DNA of 64,000 bases, filler included, from Collodictyon triciliatum (GCA_043381765.1; 8 parts of 8 records of this genome joined end to end with filler, not necessarily neighbours in it); one strand, 5' to 3'; shown: positions 38,622 through 53,206, numbered from the whole stretch's first letter. Numbers and translations are program-made. Notes: a model not told the origin generated them from the letters alone.

Positions 38622-41600
38622 ATGGCGATGAAGCGCGGCGATCCACGGACGCGATCGACACCGCAACTGCAAAACACAGGTGCCGGAAAACGCCGATCAT
38701 CGTCTGCTGCGAGTGTGCGCTCTGCTCCGAATCCTCACAGCCGTCCAATGTCTGCGAGTGAGGTCGGCGAAGAGCTCTCCGAGGCGGTCGAGAGCGAATC
38801 GGCTGTTCCGTTTCTTCGCCAGCAGCTTGAAAACGTGCTCTACATCGAAGATTTGGTCTCGTCCATGGCCAAGAAGACCGAGGGCAAGTGGGTGAGGGCC
38901 CCGCTTCGCGCTCCAAAGGTTGGTCGCTACATAGCTCTTTTGCCTCTCTTGTCAGGTCAAAAGGGGACGGTTGCAATTACATGTGCAAATCTTTTGCTTG
39001 GTCGTAATGTATATGCATATGTACTTGTTTTTGTTTTTTGTTTTGTTTTGTTTTGTTTTTTGTTTTGTTTTTTGTTTTGTTTTTTGTTTTGTTTTTTGTT
39101 TTGTTTTTGTTTTGTTTTTTGTTTTGTTTTTTGTTTTGTTTTTTGTTTTGTTTTTTGTTTTTATGTTTTTATGTTTTTTGTTTTTATGTTTTTTGTTTTT
39201 TGTTTTTTGTTTTTTGTTTTTTGTTTTTTGTTTTTTGTTTTTTGTTTTTTTATCTGAAGCTGCAGTCATACAGATCGAATCTGATATTTGTGTGCTAATA
39301 AATGGAAATGCTGCAGATAGCTGATTTGGACGAAAAAGACTTGGATCGTGCCATCGCTGGTCGTAACAGGAAAAAATTACAGCTACCAGAGAAAAAAGAT
39401 GATACTGATGAGCTGAACAACATGGATGAGTGAGTGATATCCAATTTGTTTTTGTTTTTGTTATTTGCCATGTACATCAATATATAGGTAGTTTTACTTG
39501 GCCACTAAAAAAAATCCCTTTTATTTTGTGTGTGTATGTAGAGTTTTATTATATAATTTTCTTATTTTACTTTCGGTTAAAAATAATAGGGCAAATGAAA
39601 AGAAAGACCTTGGCCCTCCAAAGATACCTGGGATCTATATAATTGACATAAATGACTTGAAAGGGAAACCACCTCTTGAGAGATTCACCACTGTGCCTTT
39701 AGAGAGTTTACCCAATTTGCGACCAGGTGAAGATACTATTTTTCCTTTTCTATGATTCATCGTATAATTTAGATATATTAATGTACCGTCTCATTAACTA
39801 TAAGTCATGTAAACATATCTTGAATATATAGGTATGCATATGTATTTTATAACATAATATATTGTTGTAGGCTCATACTCTGTAAAAAATGAATTTCCGG
39901 CAAAAGACAGACAAGATGCATATATACGAACGCGACAAGCGAGGGTATGTTCAACGTTCACTTTCTTTTTTTTTTTTCTCACTATAATTTTTATCCATCG
40001 TTCCACTTTGTGCTATCCAGATAGTTTTAAACTAGATTCGTTAAAAATATTAATAATAGTGACTATTATATTATTATGATTGAAATATGATATTATCCAC
40101 ATGTCACTTTTTATCAGACCGGTGTAACCTTCATTCGTTCCTCTCATGATGAAAGCCTTACAGGATTCCCAGTTATATCATTCAAAGGTATAGTTCTTGT
40201 TTATTCCTTCTTATGTATGATTCTTGATTATATAAGTTTCCAGAATTTTTTTTTTTTAGTTTTTTCTGCACGACATCACTCATAGAAACATTTTAATACT
40301 CTAAAATAACTCTTAGATACTACAACAAAACGAAAACCTGCGTTTGTGTTTTCATTCTGAAATTCTCTTGTTCATATCACGACCATCTTATATAAAATAT
40401 TGAGGACTCGATATTGTTGAATAAATTAATAATAATTGTATATGAATAGATCTACACCGACAAATTCGTCTGCGCTTGATACTTCTTCGGTCGATGGGTC
40501 AAAGCATAGCCCACGTTCAAGCCGACCACATAATCACTCATGTATATGATTGATTCTTGATACCATGACTATGCTCTCTTTGTCTATTCAAATGAAAGCG
40601 ACTATATTTTTTCTTGACAAAGAAGCCATATGAATTTAATTTCATAATTATTGATAATTTATACAATTTAGTGATAAAAGTGTCGTCAATCTCCTCCTTG
40701 GCCAGCCTACATTCTCCGTGGGCTGACGGAACTATACTTGCGTCTCCTAAAATCTCACCACCTAAGCTGCTCGTGAATGTAATTAATATTAATTTTCTTT
40801 GTATGAACGGAATGCAAAGAATTATTTTAACATCTCCTTCAAAATGTTCCATTCACTTTTCAGTCTCGTATTTTTTTTAAAAAAAAAATGGCAAAAAAAA
40901 AAAGGAATCATCAATCGCATCAACTCCAGAACCCAGACGGGCCGAAGTATAAGCTTTGATTTATCTTTAAGCTCATTTTTTTAAAAAAAATAGAAATTTA
41001 TTTAAGATAAAAAAAAAACGCTACTGATTTAATTATGTGACATGCCAAAAAAAAAACAGAGTCAGACATATGATGAAGATGAAGAGGTTCACTTGTACCC
41101 GGTCAGGCCGAAGAAAGAATTAGAGGAAATAGCGCATGTTCTTGAAAATGATGCTGGGCTGGTTTGTTAGTATATTGAGAGTGTTTTTTTCCCCCTCAAA
41201 TTAATATTTGTAGTTTTTTATGGTGGTATGATATCAGAGAAAATAACTTCTTTTTTAATTACAATTATTTACAAGACTGATATTCATTGCTACAGGTTGC
41301 TCATTGGCGATCCTTGTTTACAGAACACAAAGAAAAACTTCAACACAATTTAGAGGATAGACTCCACAAGAGATATGCTGATAGAGATGATGTATTCCTT
41401 AAATACAATCCTGATAGTGATGTGAAAATGACGTAACGGACCATATATTAGGCGTACACAAACCCCTTGATTCTTTCGCAAGCCTCCAAAATAATCTTGC
41501 CAAAGAAAGGTCAGCCGTATCGCCGAAAGGGAAACAATATATGGTATGATAATCTAGAATTGTGCAATATTTGTAGTCTTGATGTCTTGTAGATGTAAAA

Positions 41601-42461
41601 CACAATCAAAATCAAAGTTTAAGAGTATTGCGTTGCTGGTGACCACCTTATTGAAACTTTAAGGCGATTGGCGAAAGATCGTATGAATGGAGATCCAGCG
41701 GCGTTTCCAATGAGACGAGGATTTTATGACCGGTTGCTCTTATATATTGATGAATGTGGCGGATTGAAGTCCGAAGTGGATGAGTATTTATTGTCTCTGA
41801 TAAGAAGGTTTTTCACATTTCTTGACTTTATTGTTCCTAAGATTGCCTCCAACTGCTTCCATGCGCATTTCTATCCCTTTTTTTCTATCTATAAAAGAAG
41901 GTATAAGTAAACTTTATTATATGCCATTTGTGTTATTAAATGCAGAAAACTCGAATCTGGGTGTTCTGTTGGTGTGAAGCTGTTGCATGCAATACTTGAT
42001 GATATAGGTTGTTGTTTTTTTTTAAATAATAATAATAATAATTGATAAGAATGACGCATATTGTGCTTCAATTTGTGGTTGTCTTTTGTGCTATCTTTTC
42101 AATATCCTTGAAATATCTAATGGTGTAAACAAATAGGCGCAGAAAGCCTGGAAGAGCCGAATTACCGATATATAATTTCGTATATGTGTGAGGATTTCAG
42201 GGTCGATTTGGAAGACTTGGTTAAATATCTCACATCAAAGGGTGAGTTTATACGATTTAGTGATTTTTATTTCTAGTATTGTGGCACTGGTACACCTTTG
42301 CATCTTATCATTCTTACTTTACTCCTTTATTATATTTTTACTTTTTTTTTTCATAATAAAAAATAAAAACAGGTATTGAAGTATCCAATCACCACCAAGG
42401 CCATTCCATTCGAGTAAAAGCTAAACTGAGACCACCTAATTTATCGGTGACTAATGCTTGA
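38622..42461 (+). CDS. Multi-exon protein of unknown function
   Basis: GT-AG exons, in phase where checked: ..AVPFLRQQLENVLYIEDL.., ..VAHWRSLFTEHKEKL.., ..RLAKDRMNGDPAAFPMRRGFYDRLLLYIDE.., ..PPNLSVTNA* (TGA 42459-42461). Middle exons not fully traced; no recognised domain. Confidence 0.75.
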
Positions 42462-42946
42462 TTTATTAAGAGAGAAAAAAAAAAAGAATGTTTGTGTGTA
42501 TTCCATCAATTCAATTCAAATCAAACAATAAAGCCACACCCGAATTCACTTGGAATTAAGATAGCCAGAAAATAAATGCATTCAGAAAACCATGAGGCCA
42601 TATTCGATTAGTTACAGTTCATAGTACTGCGATATGCAGCATAGTGTGGTAGCATTAAGTCAAACAAACAAATGAAAAAATATTGGAGGACAGAATAGAT
42701 TTGCGGTTCGTGTAGTGAATTTCCAGATAAGAGATTTTCTGAGTCGGGTGAGCGTTTTACACATCCTTTTTTTGTGCGTTTGTAAAGATCAAACGGAATT
42801 CCATTGCTCGCCGAAGCAAAGAAAAATTGTGTCATTCCCATGCAAAGGAAAAACAACACGCGAGGGCCGAAGGGGAAAAAAGAGGAGAGAAAAAACAATG
42901 CTTTAAGGACAGACAATAATAATAACGCCAACACATTTCTTTAAAT

Positions 42947-42994
<48 letters not shown>

Positions 42995-43243
42995 TNNNNN
43001 NNNNNNNNNNNNNNNNNNNNNNNNNNNNNNNNNNNNNNNNNNNNNNNNNNNNNNNNNNNNNNNNNNNNNNNNNNNNNNNNNNNNNNNNNNNNNNNNNNNN
43101 NNNNNNNNNNNNNNNNNNNNNNNNNNNNNNNNNNNNNNNNNNNNNNNNNNNNNNNNNNNNNNNNNNNNNNNNNNNNNNNNNNNNNNNNNNNNNNNNNNNN
43201 NNNNNNNNNNNNNNNNNNTGCTGGAAGAATCTGACGGACCCGC

Positions 43244-44580
43244 TTGAAGGGGCCTGCATTCCTCGACAATGACCGATCGACTCAGCGCAACAGCATCCGC
43301 CACCGAAACTACATCGCCTCCACGCATGTCCACAGCATCCTGGAAGGTCCTCAATTTACTCATTACTCGGCAGCAGCAAACAATCACTTGAAGAGTTATC
43401 CCTCTTTTTTTTTTCTCCACTCACTGGTGAAAGAAATCCCTGTCTGACTCTCAAACGCATAATTTTCCACAGCAAGCAACAACTGGAGGCGAAGTCATCG
43501 AGTCACTTACGCCACGTGAGAATGTATCTTCAAAGATGATGTTGCAATCACCCTCATCATCGCTGTCATCGCCCCCTTCCCCGTCGAAACAAACCGTTGA
43601 TGCACCCGCAGAGCATTCCATCATTATCATCAGCGAACCAGCTGACCCACCTACCACGTCTCTTGTTGCTTCGTCATATTCAAAGAACACAATCTTGCAG
43701 AATGAGGCAAATAACAATACACATGTTATGGCCAATTTGAAAGTAAAAGATGTAGACGGGAAACTGGTCGAATCCACTGAACAACCTAGTGCCGTCCAAT
43801 CTGCATCTGCTGCGCCCAAGAGACAAAGTCTCACGTCGAATGGCCGTTCGTTTTCTCGGCCGAGTTTGTCGTTGGTCAGAAAGATCTCGTATGTGGGCGC
43901 TCCTTCAGGTCCGAATGGGCAGATGCGTGGTTTACAAAGAGGTTATTTTTGTATTCTCTTTTTTACTTTAAGCATTTTCTCTCCTTTTTTTTTTCTTGTT
44001 TCTTCTTTTCTTTTCTCATGAACAATTTGTACCTGCATGACTCCAAATTATAATTATGTTGTAAGACGAATTATTTATCTCCGTAGAGGGCAGCTTTGGC
44101 GAATCTGATATCCGCTCCGATGGTAATTGAATGAATATACAACATCTTAGTTCATTTATCATCATTTGTAAAGTTATTTTTTTCTTTTGCATCCAGATTA
44201 TTAAAATATATATTGTACAGACTTATAATAGATTTTGAACTCCTTTTTTTAGATCGATCGTACAGCATATTTTCCGAGAGGCAAAATTCTTTTGCGGTGC
44301 GAACATTAGGGCGCCGCTCAACTATAGCATCAAATATTCATCTAGTAAGACAAGAAAGTATGGTTGCATCTGTGAAGCTGACAGATGAAAATGAGGTTAT
44401 TCCTTCAAACAAAACTAATCATGGAACAGTGATTCACTCGCATTATATGCATGCATTTTATTATACCTGACTTTGTTGTAAAATGGACTGACGTCGTAGA
44501 TTAAGGACGCTGAGGTATCGGCTTTATTGCAGGATGAAACTCGATTATGGAAAATTGCATATCTGAAGTTGAAGCTCAAA
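43244..44580 (+). CDS. Partial gene: Ser/Pro-rich region, possibly leading into a TKL-type kinase domain cut by the scaffold end
   Basis: Open exons at 43.45-43.94 kb and 44.25-44.40 kb, then IKDAEVSALLQDETRLWKIAYLKLKLK|gt, which resembles the W-x-I-x-Y-x-x-L motif that precedes TKL kinase domains. No catalytic motifs are visible. Confidence 0.4.
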
Positions 44581-44710
44581 GTATTTGATTAATGANNNNN
44601 NNNNNNNNNNNNNNNNNNNNNNNNNNNNNNNNNNNNNNNTTAATTAATTAANNNNNNNNNNNNNNNNNNNNNNNNNNNNNNNNNNNNNNNNNNNNATTGT
44701 CATTTCGCAG

Positions 44711-44801
44711 TGAGTATACAGAATCTGCCAACGCGAGAGCAAAGGCTCGGGTGTGTTTGGAGGTGGTCGTGGGATTGTTCTTTGTTGCAACTGTGTTTTG
44801 A
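44711..44801 (+). CDS. Terminal exon fragment of a protein with a C-terminal hydrophobic segment (p24/GOLD-like or SNARE-like)
   Basis: After the CGCAG acceptor: EYTESANARAKARVCLEVVVGLFFVATVF*. Upstream exons are off scaffold. Confidence 0.3.
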
Positions 44802-44947
44802 AGTCTGCACAAATTTACCCTCGGATCATGTTAATAAATGATATTCTTAATCAAAGTTCCTCTTCACAACTTTCTCTCATTTTGGTTTATTATCATGTTG
44901 ACTGTGCGCAATAAGGAGTCAAAGGGAAAACAAAGCATCAACGGGGA

Positions 44948-47084
44948 TTATACACGCAGCATTTGTGTTTTGTTTCCAAAACACGACAAAATCCACTTTG
45001 TGTCACAACGAGGCCAGCAGATTTGGTTGATTTCGCATCCAGGAACAGTGCCCGGGTTGTATGCAAGAAGGGGGCCTATGATGAACATGGTTAACTTCAT
45101 GAAATCAAAATTACTTCGTCACATTTCTTCTTATCTGATTTAACAACAGGGGAAGCATGGGGAGATTAAACAAATCTCATAATGTCTTTTATTCATAATT
45201 ACTGAGATACTGTAACAGAGAGAACCTGTGGTTGTCTGCGGGATGATGGAGAGGTCCCAGATAAATACGTATCCGTCATCCGCTCCAGTCGCAATATGGC
45301 ATGCCGAGTGAGGAGCCCAGCAAATCGAGTTCACACATCGGCTGTGTCCGGAAAGTTCGACAACAGGTATTGACGGCATTCTATAGAGATTCTTGTGTGA
45401 ATGAAAAAAGGAAAAGAAAGAAAATGAATGAAGAAAAGTGATAGAGCAATTGCTTATAGGCCTGATTCACATAACTTTATTTTCATTCACAATAATGTTG
45501 ATAATTCTATCTAAGGGACCTCATGTCCAGAATGACGACTTTGTTGCTGTCCATCACAATAGTGGCAATGAAATTAGGGTCTTGGTAGTTCCAGCTGAGT
45601 CGAAGCAATGGGACAAAGCTTGCGCTTTCATACATAATTGTGGAATGATCTAGAGCTCTAGAGAAGGATGAGAGATTGTGTAACTATCTTACATCATTTT
45701 GAAAGACAACACTCCAAATGTATGAATTCATATAGCTTAGCAAAAATAAACAAACAGAATGACAAAAATAATGATAAATAGCAGGTATTTACTAGTATGA
45801 AAACGGTGGCTTCAGAATAGTCAAATGAAGCCATTCGTTTCATAATATGGCTTTCAACAATATTTAAAATATGATTAAATCGCACAAATATGTGCAAAAC
45901 CTTACCGTAAATCAAACATTCTCAGAGAACCATCAGCTCCGACCGAAGCAAATTCGTTTTCATTTTTTGTGTGGAAAGCGACATCAAATACTTCCTTATC
46001 ATGAGCTATGAGTTGCGTCACTGCTTTTTCGGCCTGTTAGAATAAATGGGAAAAAGACATTTTGATTTAGAGAAAAGCTGGAATGATTTTGCGGTGCGTT
46101 AGTTTATTTCGGTGACAGGAGCACGTATGGCTTAACAACATCAGCTGAGTAGACATGTGAGTCAATATCCTTCTAACCTTGATGTCCCATACAGTACATG
46201 TGGTATCTATACTGCTAGCGACAATAGTGTTTATGTTCACATCGCTCCAGTCGAAGGATGTAACAGGGGCGCAGTATTCAGAACCTTTGTCCTATGTAAA
46301 ATTGAAAATTGTTCAAGGAGATAATTTAAAATGCATGCCTTAATCAGTAACAGTGGGATAGAAGAAAGGAAAGAAAGGAAAGAAAGGAAAGAAGGAAAGA
46401 AAGAAATAAAGAAAGAAATAAAGAAATAAAGAAATAAAGAAATAAAGAAATAAAGAAATAAATAAATAAATAAATAAATAAATAAAGAAAGGTAACAATG
46501 TCATTAAAATACATTATCGAAACGTATCAATCTTGTTGCCATTCCGTTTTCTTCCAGAGACCAAATTCTAAGGTAGTCTGCAGCAGTGGCAATATAGTCA
46601 GGATGCGATCCTGTTGAATCAGGCAGAAACATAATCTTGGACGCGGGGTATGGATGAGTTATGTCATGGGTAATATTGAAGGACTCTGTCTCCTCAACAA
46701 GCTGCGAGATTTGAATCTATACATCGAAAAAGAAAAAAGAAAAAAGAAAAAAAAGGATAAAGAAATAAACAAGGGAAACAAGTAAAAACGAAGAAAAAAG
46801 GAAAGAAGTAGATCTGTCAGAGCAATATACATCATGTTATAAAAAGATCTAAGCTAGCCATAGTTTCGGTAGTACTTTGTGATGGAGAAAAAGAGGGAGA
46901 CAGCAAAAGGAAGAAAAGAAGAAAAAAAATAGATGGAGTCACCGAAAGAAACCTTATTGATATACTCCTCCACAAAGCTGCTGACAGCAACACGATAGTT
47001 GGGTTGGTGACGTGTTCCGAAGCTAAGACTGTGCACTGGAAACGGACTCTCAAGAGTGTAGATCTCCTTCTTGCGTGTGCCCAT
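44948..47084 (-). CDS. DCAF7: DDB1- and CUL4-associated factor 7 / WDR68 (AN11/TTG1 family WD40 protein), 7 exons
   Basis: [17 protein letters not shown]|..[16 protein letters not shown]|..[20 protein letters not shown]|..[28 protein letters not shown]|..HSTIMYE..|..[15 protein letters not shown]..|..EINQICW..QMLRV*. Confidence 0.97.
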
Positions 47085-47650
47085 TCTTCCTGCGTGGTGT
47101 TTTCGATTTGCCCAGCGATCCCGCCTTTTTTAATTACTACTCTGCCAGAAAACACAGCTGAGACTAACAAGTCGAAAACAAAAGAACAAAAAAACAAAAA
47201 ACAAAAAACAAAAAAACAAAAAAACAAAAAAACAAAGACAAAAAACACAGGGCTGTGCGGAAGATATCGAGTTTGCTGGAGAAGTTTACACAGGTTCAAC
47301 TCTCGATCTTAAACAAGCAGATGGCTTTAAAACGGCAGAACGAGACACGTTGAGAGAGGAAGCTTGATTCCCAAACGTTTCTCTGTTTCCCAGAAAGATA
47401 ACGCATATACACACGGAGACAATAAAAGAAAAAACAAGAGAAAAAAAAAAAAGAGACGAAACAGTGTTTGAAACAGATCGATCCTGCGTGTGAAACAACG
47501 TTGCAAATACTCAAAGAAACTCAAACACAAGTCCGGGGTGCGGTGATGCTGTATTATATCCATTCCATCTCGTTCAAAAAGGCTCCTGTTTATCCCAATC
47601 CAAGAAGCTTTCAGCAGGCTTCAGACCAGCACCGGCGAATGGCACTTGTT

Positions 47651-50600
47651 CTACCGGCCTATATTGTGCGGCTGGAGCCAGTCAATGGCTTTGATGTATA
47701 TGCTCCAAACATCCAGACTCTCGAATGCACGGTAGACTCGCACAGGGCTGCTGCTGCCGCTGCCTCGATGGAGAACCTCTTGAAACTCGAATTCAGCTCC
47801 AGAATAGCCCTGCAGAGAAGAGTATACATTCTGGGTGGCCTGTTGATGTTGCCGGGTTTGCTTTAATATATTGATAGACTTGCCAGCATTGCCAGATGTT
47901 GTATCTTTCTGTATCAGTATAAGAATCACTTGAATATACTTTTTTTTTTTTTACATAAAAAGGAAAAAAAAAAGGTTTGCTTATCATGCACTAACGCATA
48001 TATTCCCATTTGCAGTTCTATCCAACATCATCGTGCAGGTAAATACTAAGCAAAGCGAAAAAAAAAGATAGAAAAAAGATAGAAAAAAGATAGAAAAAAG
48101 ATAGAAAAAAGATAGAAAAAAGATAGAAAAAAGATAGAAAAAAGATAGAAAAAAGATAGAAAAAAGAATTAGTATGATGGGTAATGTAATGAAGAAGGCG
48201 AAAGGAAACCCGCATTAAACAGGAAGACAACAATATATATATATATATTGCATTATTTTGTAAAAAAATTATCATAATGTAAAACCCGCATCACCAGCAC
48301 AGTCATATTCAAACTGGTCTACTCCTATGAAATTAATTGAGCTTTTAATACTTTATCCACATCTGCGAAGGTGATCATTATTCTTCCTAGGCTCACAGAT
48401 GATTGATATTACTAAAGATAATAAAGCGCACCTATAAGTCCGCACACCACAGTTCCCACTTCTAGAGATAATCTATATTGTATCCCCACATATTTATCCG
48501 TTTTTCCGAGCTCAGAAAATAAAGCTTGAATCTTTGAGCACACACATATGTTTAGAATAAAAGTTTTATGACATCTTTGTTAGAATTGAATCTTGTTTCA
48601 TAATATACCTGAAATGAACATTGAATCGCCCTTTCTACATGATTTGTTTCGTCACTGACCTCTTTATGACTTACGTGTGGTGCAGATACGATCTAAAATG
48701 TATATCATAACAAATGTGAAATAAGAAAAAAAAAGAATCGTACCGATTAAATCAAACTTTTGAAAAAAGAAGGAAGAAAATCATACTATTAACTTGGTGC
48801 AACAAGCTTTGACCATTTCCATTTTGTATATTTTACAAATGTTTTCAACTGATTTAATGTAATCTGATATAGCGGTGATTAGCCTTTAAGCAATTGAAAT
48901 ATATGACACTATGCAAACTGTTTCTGAATAACTAAATACCAGAACATTTTTTAAATTTGTCTCTTGCTTTCACATTCGAATCATTCATAAAGGGCGCGTG
49001 AACACCGAGCAAAACTACTGTGGCAACTTTGTAATGAAGCACGGATGAAAGGCTATTCTCTTTAAACTTTTGGAATAATTTTTCAGAAAGTGCTGAGAAT
49101 ATTGCATTTTCTGTTCTTTCATTTTCCTCCAGGGACTCTCGTATGGCCTTTTAGATTTTAAATAGTTTGAAAAAGGATGCCGTGTAGAATTATTTAAAGC
49201 ACACTATTTTAAAATTGAAATAATATCGTGATTTTGCATTCACCATCCTGCACAAAATTGAAAGGAAGAATAAAAAAAAAAACGTGATTTTGCATACTTT
49301 TGACAAACATGTGGCATCCAAAAACTCCTTTCTCGATGAAAAGTCACGAGAAAATATAAATATTGAATAAAAAAGTTGTGGCATGACCGCACGAATGAGA
49401 ATTAATGATACAATATCACTTTCTCCATATCTAAAATGTGAGTAGGTCATGAAATTACTACATGTAAAATTAGAAAAAACAAAAATATTGAATTATTTAT
49501 ACCCAATCTTCGAAATATAGCAGATGATAATAGATGACACCAATATTATCCAAAATATGAACTGAAGGTATAAATGAACTGAGGTGACGGTGATACAGGA
49601 AACGAAATAAATCCCAATTTCATAAATCTCCGCGTGTATGAAAAGTGAATCGTCAGGGTTCAGACGACAATCCAGTCCTATGGCATCGTAAATATATGCC
49701 TGCCTCCATAACGAATATAACGAGTAAATGAAGCCGCAAGAAAGAGGGAGCATACCCGATTGATTATTAATTGCATCTTGGATCTTTTGATTGATGCAAG
49801 AATAGTTACAAAGACACATGAAAGAAAGAAGCGATGTGATCGCATATCTTCCTAAGAAAAGGTATTTGTACGAGGCAGAATCATCACATTCGGACAGAAG
49901 CTGGTAGTCTAAAGTTCCGAAGAATATACAACACACAAAGAGAGTACATCCTTGGATACTATTGTACATTTTTCGGTCATTTAAATATGCCCTTGTCTAG
50001 TTAAGAACTTTTATCATAATTACAAAAATGAAACATAGTTACGAATGATTCTTACAAAGCCAGAAATCTGTTCCTCAAAGTGTCAAGGGAGGATATAAAT
50101 TGAGTTTCTAGTTGAGTATCTTTAAATCGAATATCTCCTGTGCAAGCGACGAAATAGCCTTTCTGTCTCTTTGCTAATAAAAATGGATCTGTCTTTTCGG
50201 TATCCTCCTGAAAATTAGATATATCATTCGGAATATGATTTATAGATATCAACAGATTGAATGAAGGCGTTTATTTCAGTGAATAGTTGTAATAATTTGA
50301 CGCATTACCAGGTTATCAAGGGAGACGTTTTGCAAGCTTTTATAATCAAGATTCTCGTCATGGCAGTAGTGTCGATTTGAATTAAACTCAACCGTTGTTT
50401 CTGACCCAACACTGAATACTTTGAAATATTTACCATATTGTGTCGCTTTTTCAGTGACAGCAGGGACCAGTGTTAATTGAATTTCCTGGGCAAATCGGAT
50501 TTAAATTTTTAGATGTCTTTTGAATTATTTTTTTTTTAAAAAAAATTCAATACAACCTTGGACATCATCTCTCCCTCCAAACGATATTTTGTCGTTTCAT

Positions 50601-53206
50601 CGATTACTATGCCATTTTCACCTTTACATAGAACCATAGCCTCTTGAGCATTTTCGACGGCTAAAAAAAATGTTAGTGTTTGATGTTTGTATGAACTTTA
50701 TGAAAGAAAATTAGCTATTATTTTACAACCTTCCCCTAAAATGTCGAATCCCGACTTTGAGAACGTAATCATACCACCTTGGGCGTAGCCACTGCCAACT
50801 CCAATAGACACATGCACCTTCCGAATAGTATGCATAAGAAACAGCAATATTGCACTATAATATGAATATTATACAAAAATATTCACATTTTCTGGATGCC
50901 CGATTAGTTCTGCCAATATTCTCCTTGCCACAAAAGCCAGATTAATGCCATCTTCACCAAACAAACCCGTGACGAACTGCGTTCACAAATTTTACCATAA
51001 TTATATAAAATCAATCATAAAACACAATGTTTTGTAGCACGAATTTTTCATATTTAAATTTCTTACATTCAAAGTCAATCCTGCAGTCCCAATAGTATTA
51101 AAAGTGAGAATTTTTTTTTTTAAAAAACAAACATATATTTTTGCAATTATCATAAAATCAACCAGTAGATCGCACTCTGTGAATTCTGAACCTGAATAAA
51201 ATTGAAAATAAAAATTCCCAAATTTCAAGCAACACATATCATGTCCCATAAAACACTGATTTACTGAATGATTTACAACCGTATTACCTTTCTGATATTC
51301 CCATAATCTTTCTAGACCAAATCAATTTTTATTCTTAGACGCAAAAAAAAAAAAAAAACCTTTCTGTAAATTTGCGGAAATGGTAGGGAGAACGCATAAA
51401 AATAATTTACATAATAAATATTTACCCGTATGTTTGATCGATGTTGTATTTCCAATCTTTTCTCTTTGAAAATTCTACGTTCCAAATGATAGAAACGATC
51501 ATCACACTACAACTATTGGACTGAAATACTGGTATTGCCTCCGAATCCTTCATGACGAGGTTCATTACAGGCCTAATAAAATAAGGAATGTAGCTATTTC
51601 CCTCACATCTCGTCGATGAAAAATAAATTTGGGCTTTATCTGATATGTATGTTAATATTATATCTTCTGTTTCTTACACAGGATATAAATTTGAAAGAAA
51701 GAATCTTGCTTTTTCTTTCGTTCTCTCTGTGCATTCATTTATCCACTTTAACTTCTTACTCATAAAGAATGAACTACAGAAAAAGTAAATTTTTTTCAGT
51801 ATTCTGTACAAAATGGAAGAAAATTCTAATCGTGCAAGACATTAATAGTTTACTTTCTTCGTTGGGATTCTACTGTCCTGAGAACTGTCATGCTCAGTAT
51901 TGAAGTCATGAGCACTGGAAAGGTGCATCGATAGATAATCTCGAACCTTCCGGGAACAGCGATGCAAAGAAGAATAATAGGAAGGATATTGGCATAAATA
52001 GTGACAGCCACTTGATTTTGGTAGTCACCAGAGAGAACAATTGTCATGGCCTAGAGTCAATACATGACAATTTTATCTCAACATTGTTTAAATTGAGATA
52101 AAGTCTGATTTATTGTATTATTTCTTTAACTATTCAATCAAATTGCGTGCAGATTCATATTTGGGGTATTAGTAAATGGAGCTATTGTTAGATTCTGTAG
52201 ATTAGTTCAGTTGTCTTACCAGTAAAACAACTTCGATCTCAATTGAGACACCGTCTGGGATGAAGAAAATAACCAAGTAAAATAGGGATACCAGAGAAAA
52301 GAACGATATGGAGTGAGCTTTGTAATAGTACCTAGTCATTTTTATTTAATCACCATGAGGTAAACTGCCAATTATGTGATACAATAAACAATCGAATGCA
52401 TTACCTTGCGCACAATGCCAAATGCTTTTTGGTTTTCATCGTTCTTTTTACTTGAATCATGCTCAAACCAATACACAAGCCGAACAAAAGTATAACCAAG
52501 AAAACTGATGATACTGCCTTGTTCTCCAATCTACATAAATAAGAAGAGGGGAGTTGATTCCTTCAAAAGAAAATATGACGTATTTAAAATTGAATTCTTA
52601 AAATGGTTTCCATAAGTGATTCATCGAATTCAGAATTATTCTATTACGTAAACATGCTCATCAATGCGCCATACGAAGAGCAAGCAAATCCCAAAAATAT
52701 AAAGGTTGGGGTATTTGTTTTTGAAACATGAATTCTATACTCCTCTTCAAAGTCAGTATTCAGAAACCTGCAGAATGAACGACCATCAGATATCGCTATC
52801 ATAGCGTGTGTTTTTCTTCTTTTTTATTTTTTGAAAAGCGGAAACGAGTTGTTTTTCGTTTACAAGTCTTAGGGATAATCTACCTAAGCCTTTTTTTGCA
52901 GATATCTTGGTGAGGAAAATCTAAATTGGTATCGCCACTTTCATTTTGACCTCTGCTCAGTTTACTCAATATTGAATCCATCATGATTGCCTCCATTTTA
53001 TAATTCATCATGTCAGAATCTAGCGAGAATGATTCCTCATTCTGTTGAGAGCTTGAACTACGGTCTGCTCTAGGGTTATTGATGGCCAACTTTGCCTTCA
53101 CTTTTCGGACCTCCATCCGCATCAGAAAGCCTTCTCTCTTTGCGGTGGCATATTCGCTTGTTTCGTGGAAACTGTCAAATGAATCAAACCCAGAGCTCTT
53201 TGCCAT
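47651..53206 (-). CDS. Membrane class III nucleotidyl-cyclase-like protein, paralog 2; reading frame intact, catalytic motifs degenerate
   Basis: C1: RFFLSNLYP, SCSVMIVSII, RIHRVRSTGLTLNFVTGL, VSIGVGSGYAQGG..FDILGEAVENAQ. C2: YKVATVVLLGV, EMVKACCTKLI, YRLSLEVGTVVCGLIG|VDQFEYDCAGDA|VFTCTMM..GNIC|ATQNVY. Two hydrophobic TM blocks. Confidence 0.87.
49227..49295 (+). mobile_element. Poly(A) retroelement tail (43 nt) with 13-bp TSD beside a splice donor of cyclase paralog 2
   Basis: CGTGATTTTGCAT at 49227-49239 and 49283-49295 flanks TCACCATCCTGCACAAAATTGAAAGGAAGAAT(A)11, which differs from copy 1 at one base before the tail. Confidence 0.85.

Noticed and set aside
46166..46180. ATATCCTT as a U12-type donor (also near 17429)
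   Set aside because: On the strand opposite the host genes; the actual introns there are ordinary GT-AG.
51286..51366. ACCTTTCTG direct repeat around a poly(A) run as another TSD
   Set aside because: Only 9 bp, and it encloses a conserved 24-nt coding exon, so it cannot be a recent insertion.
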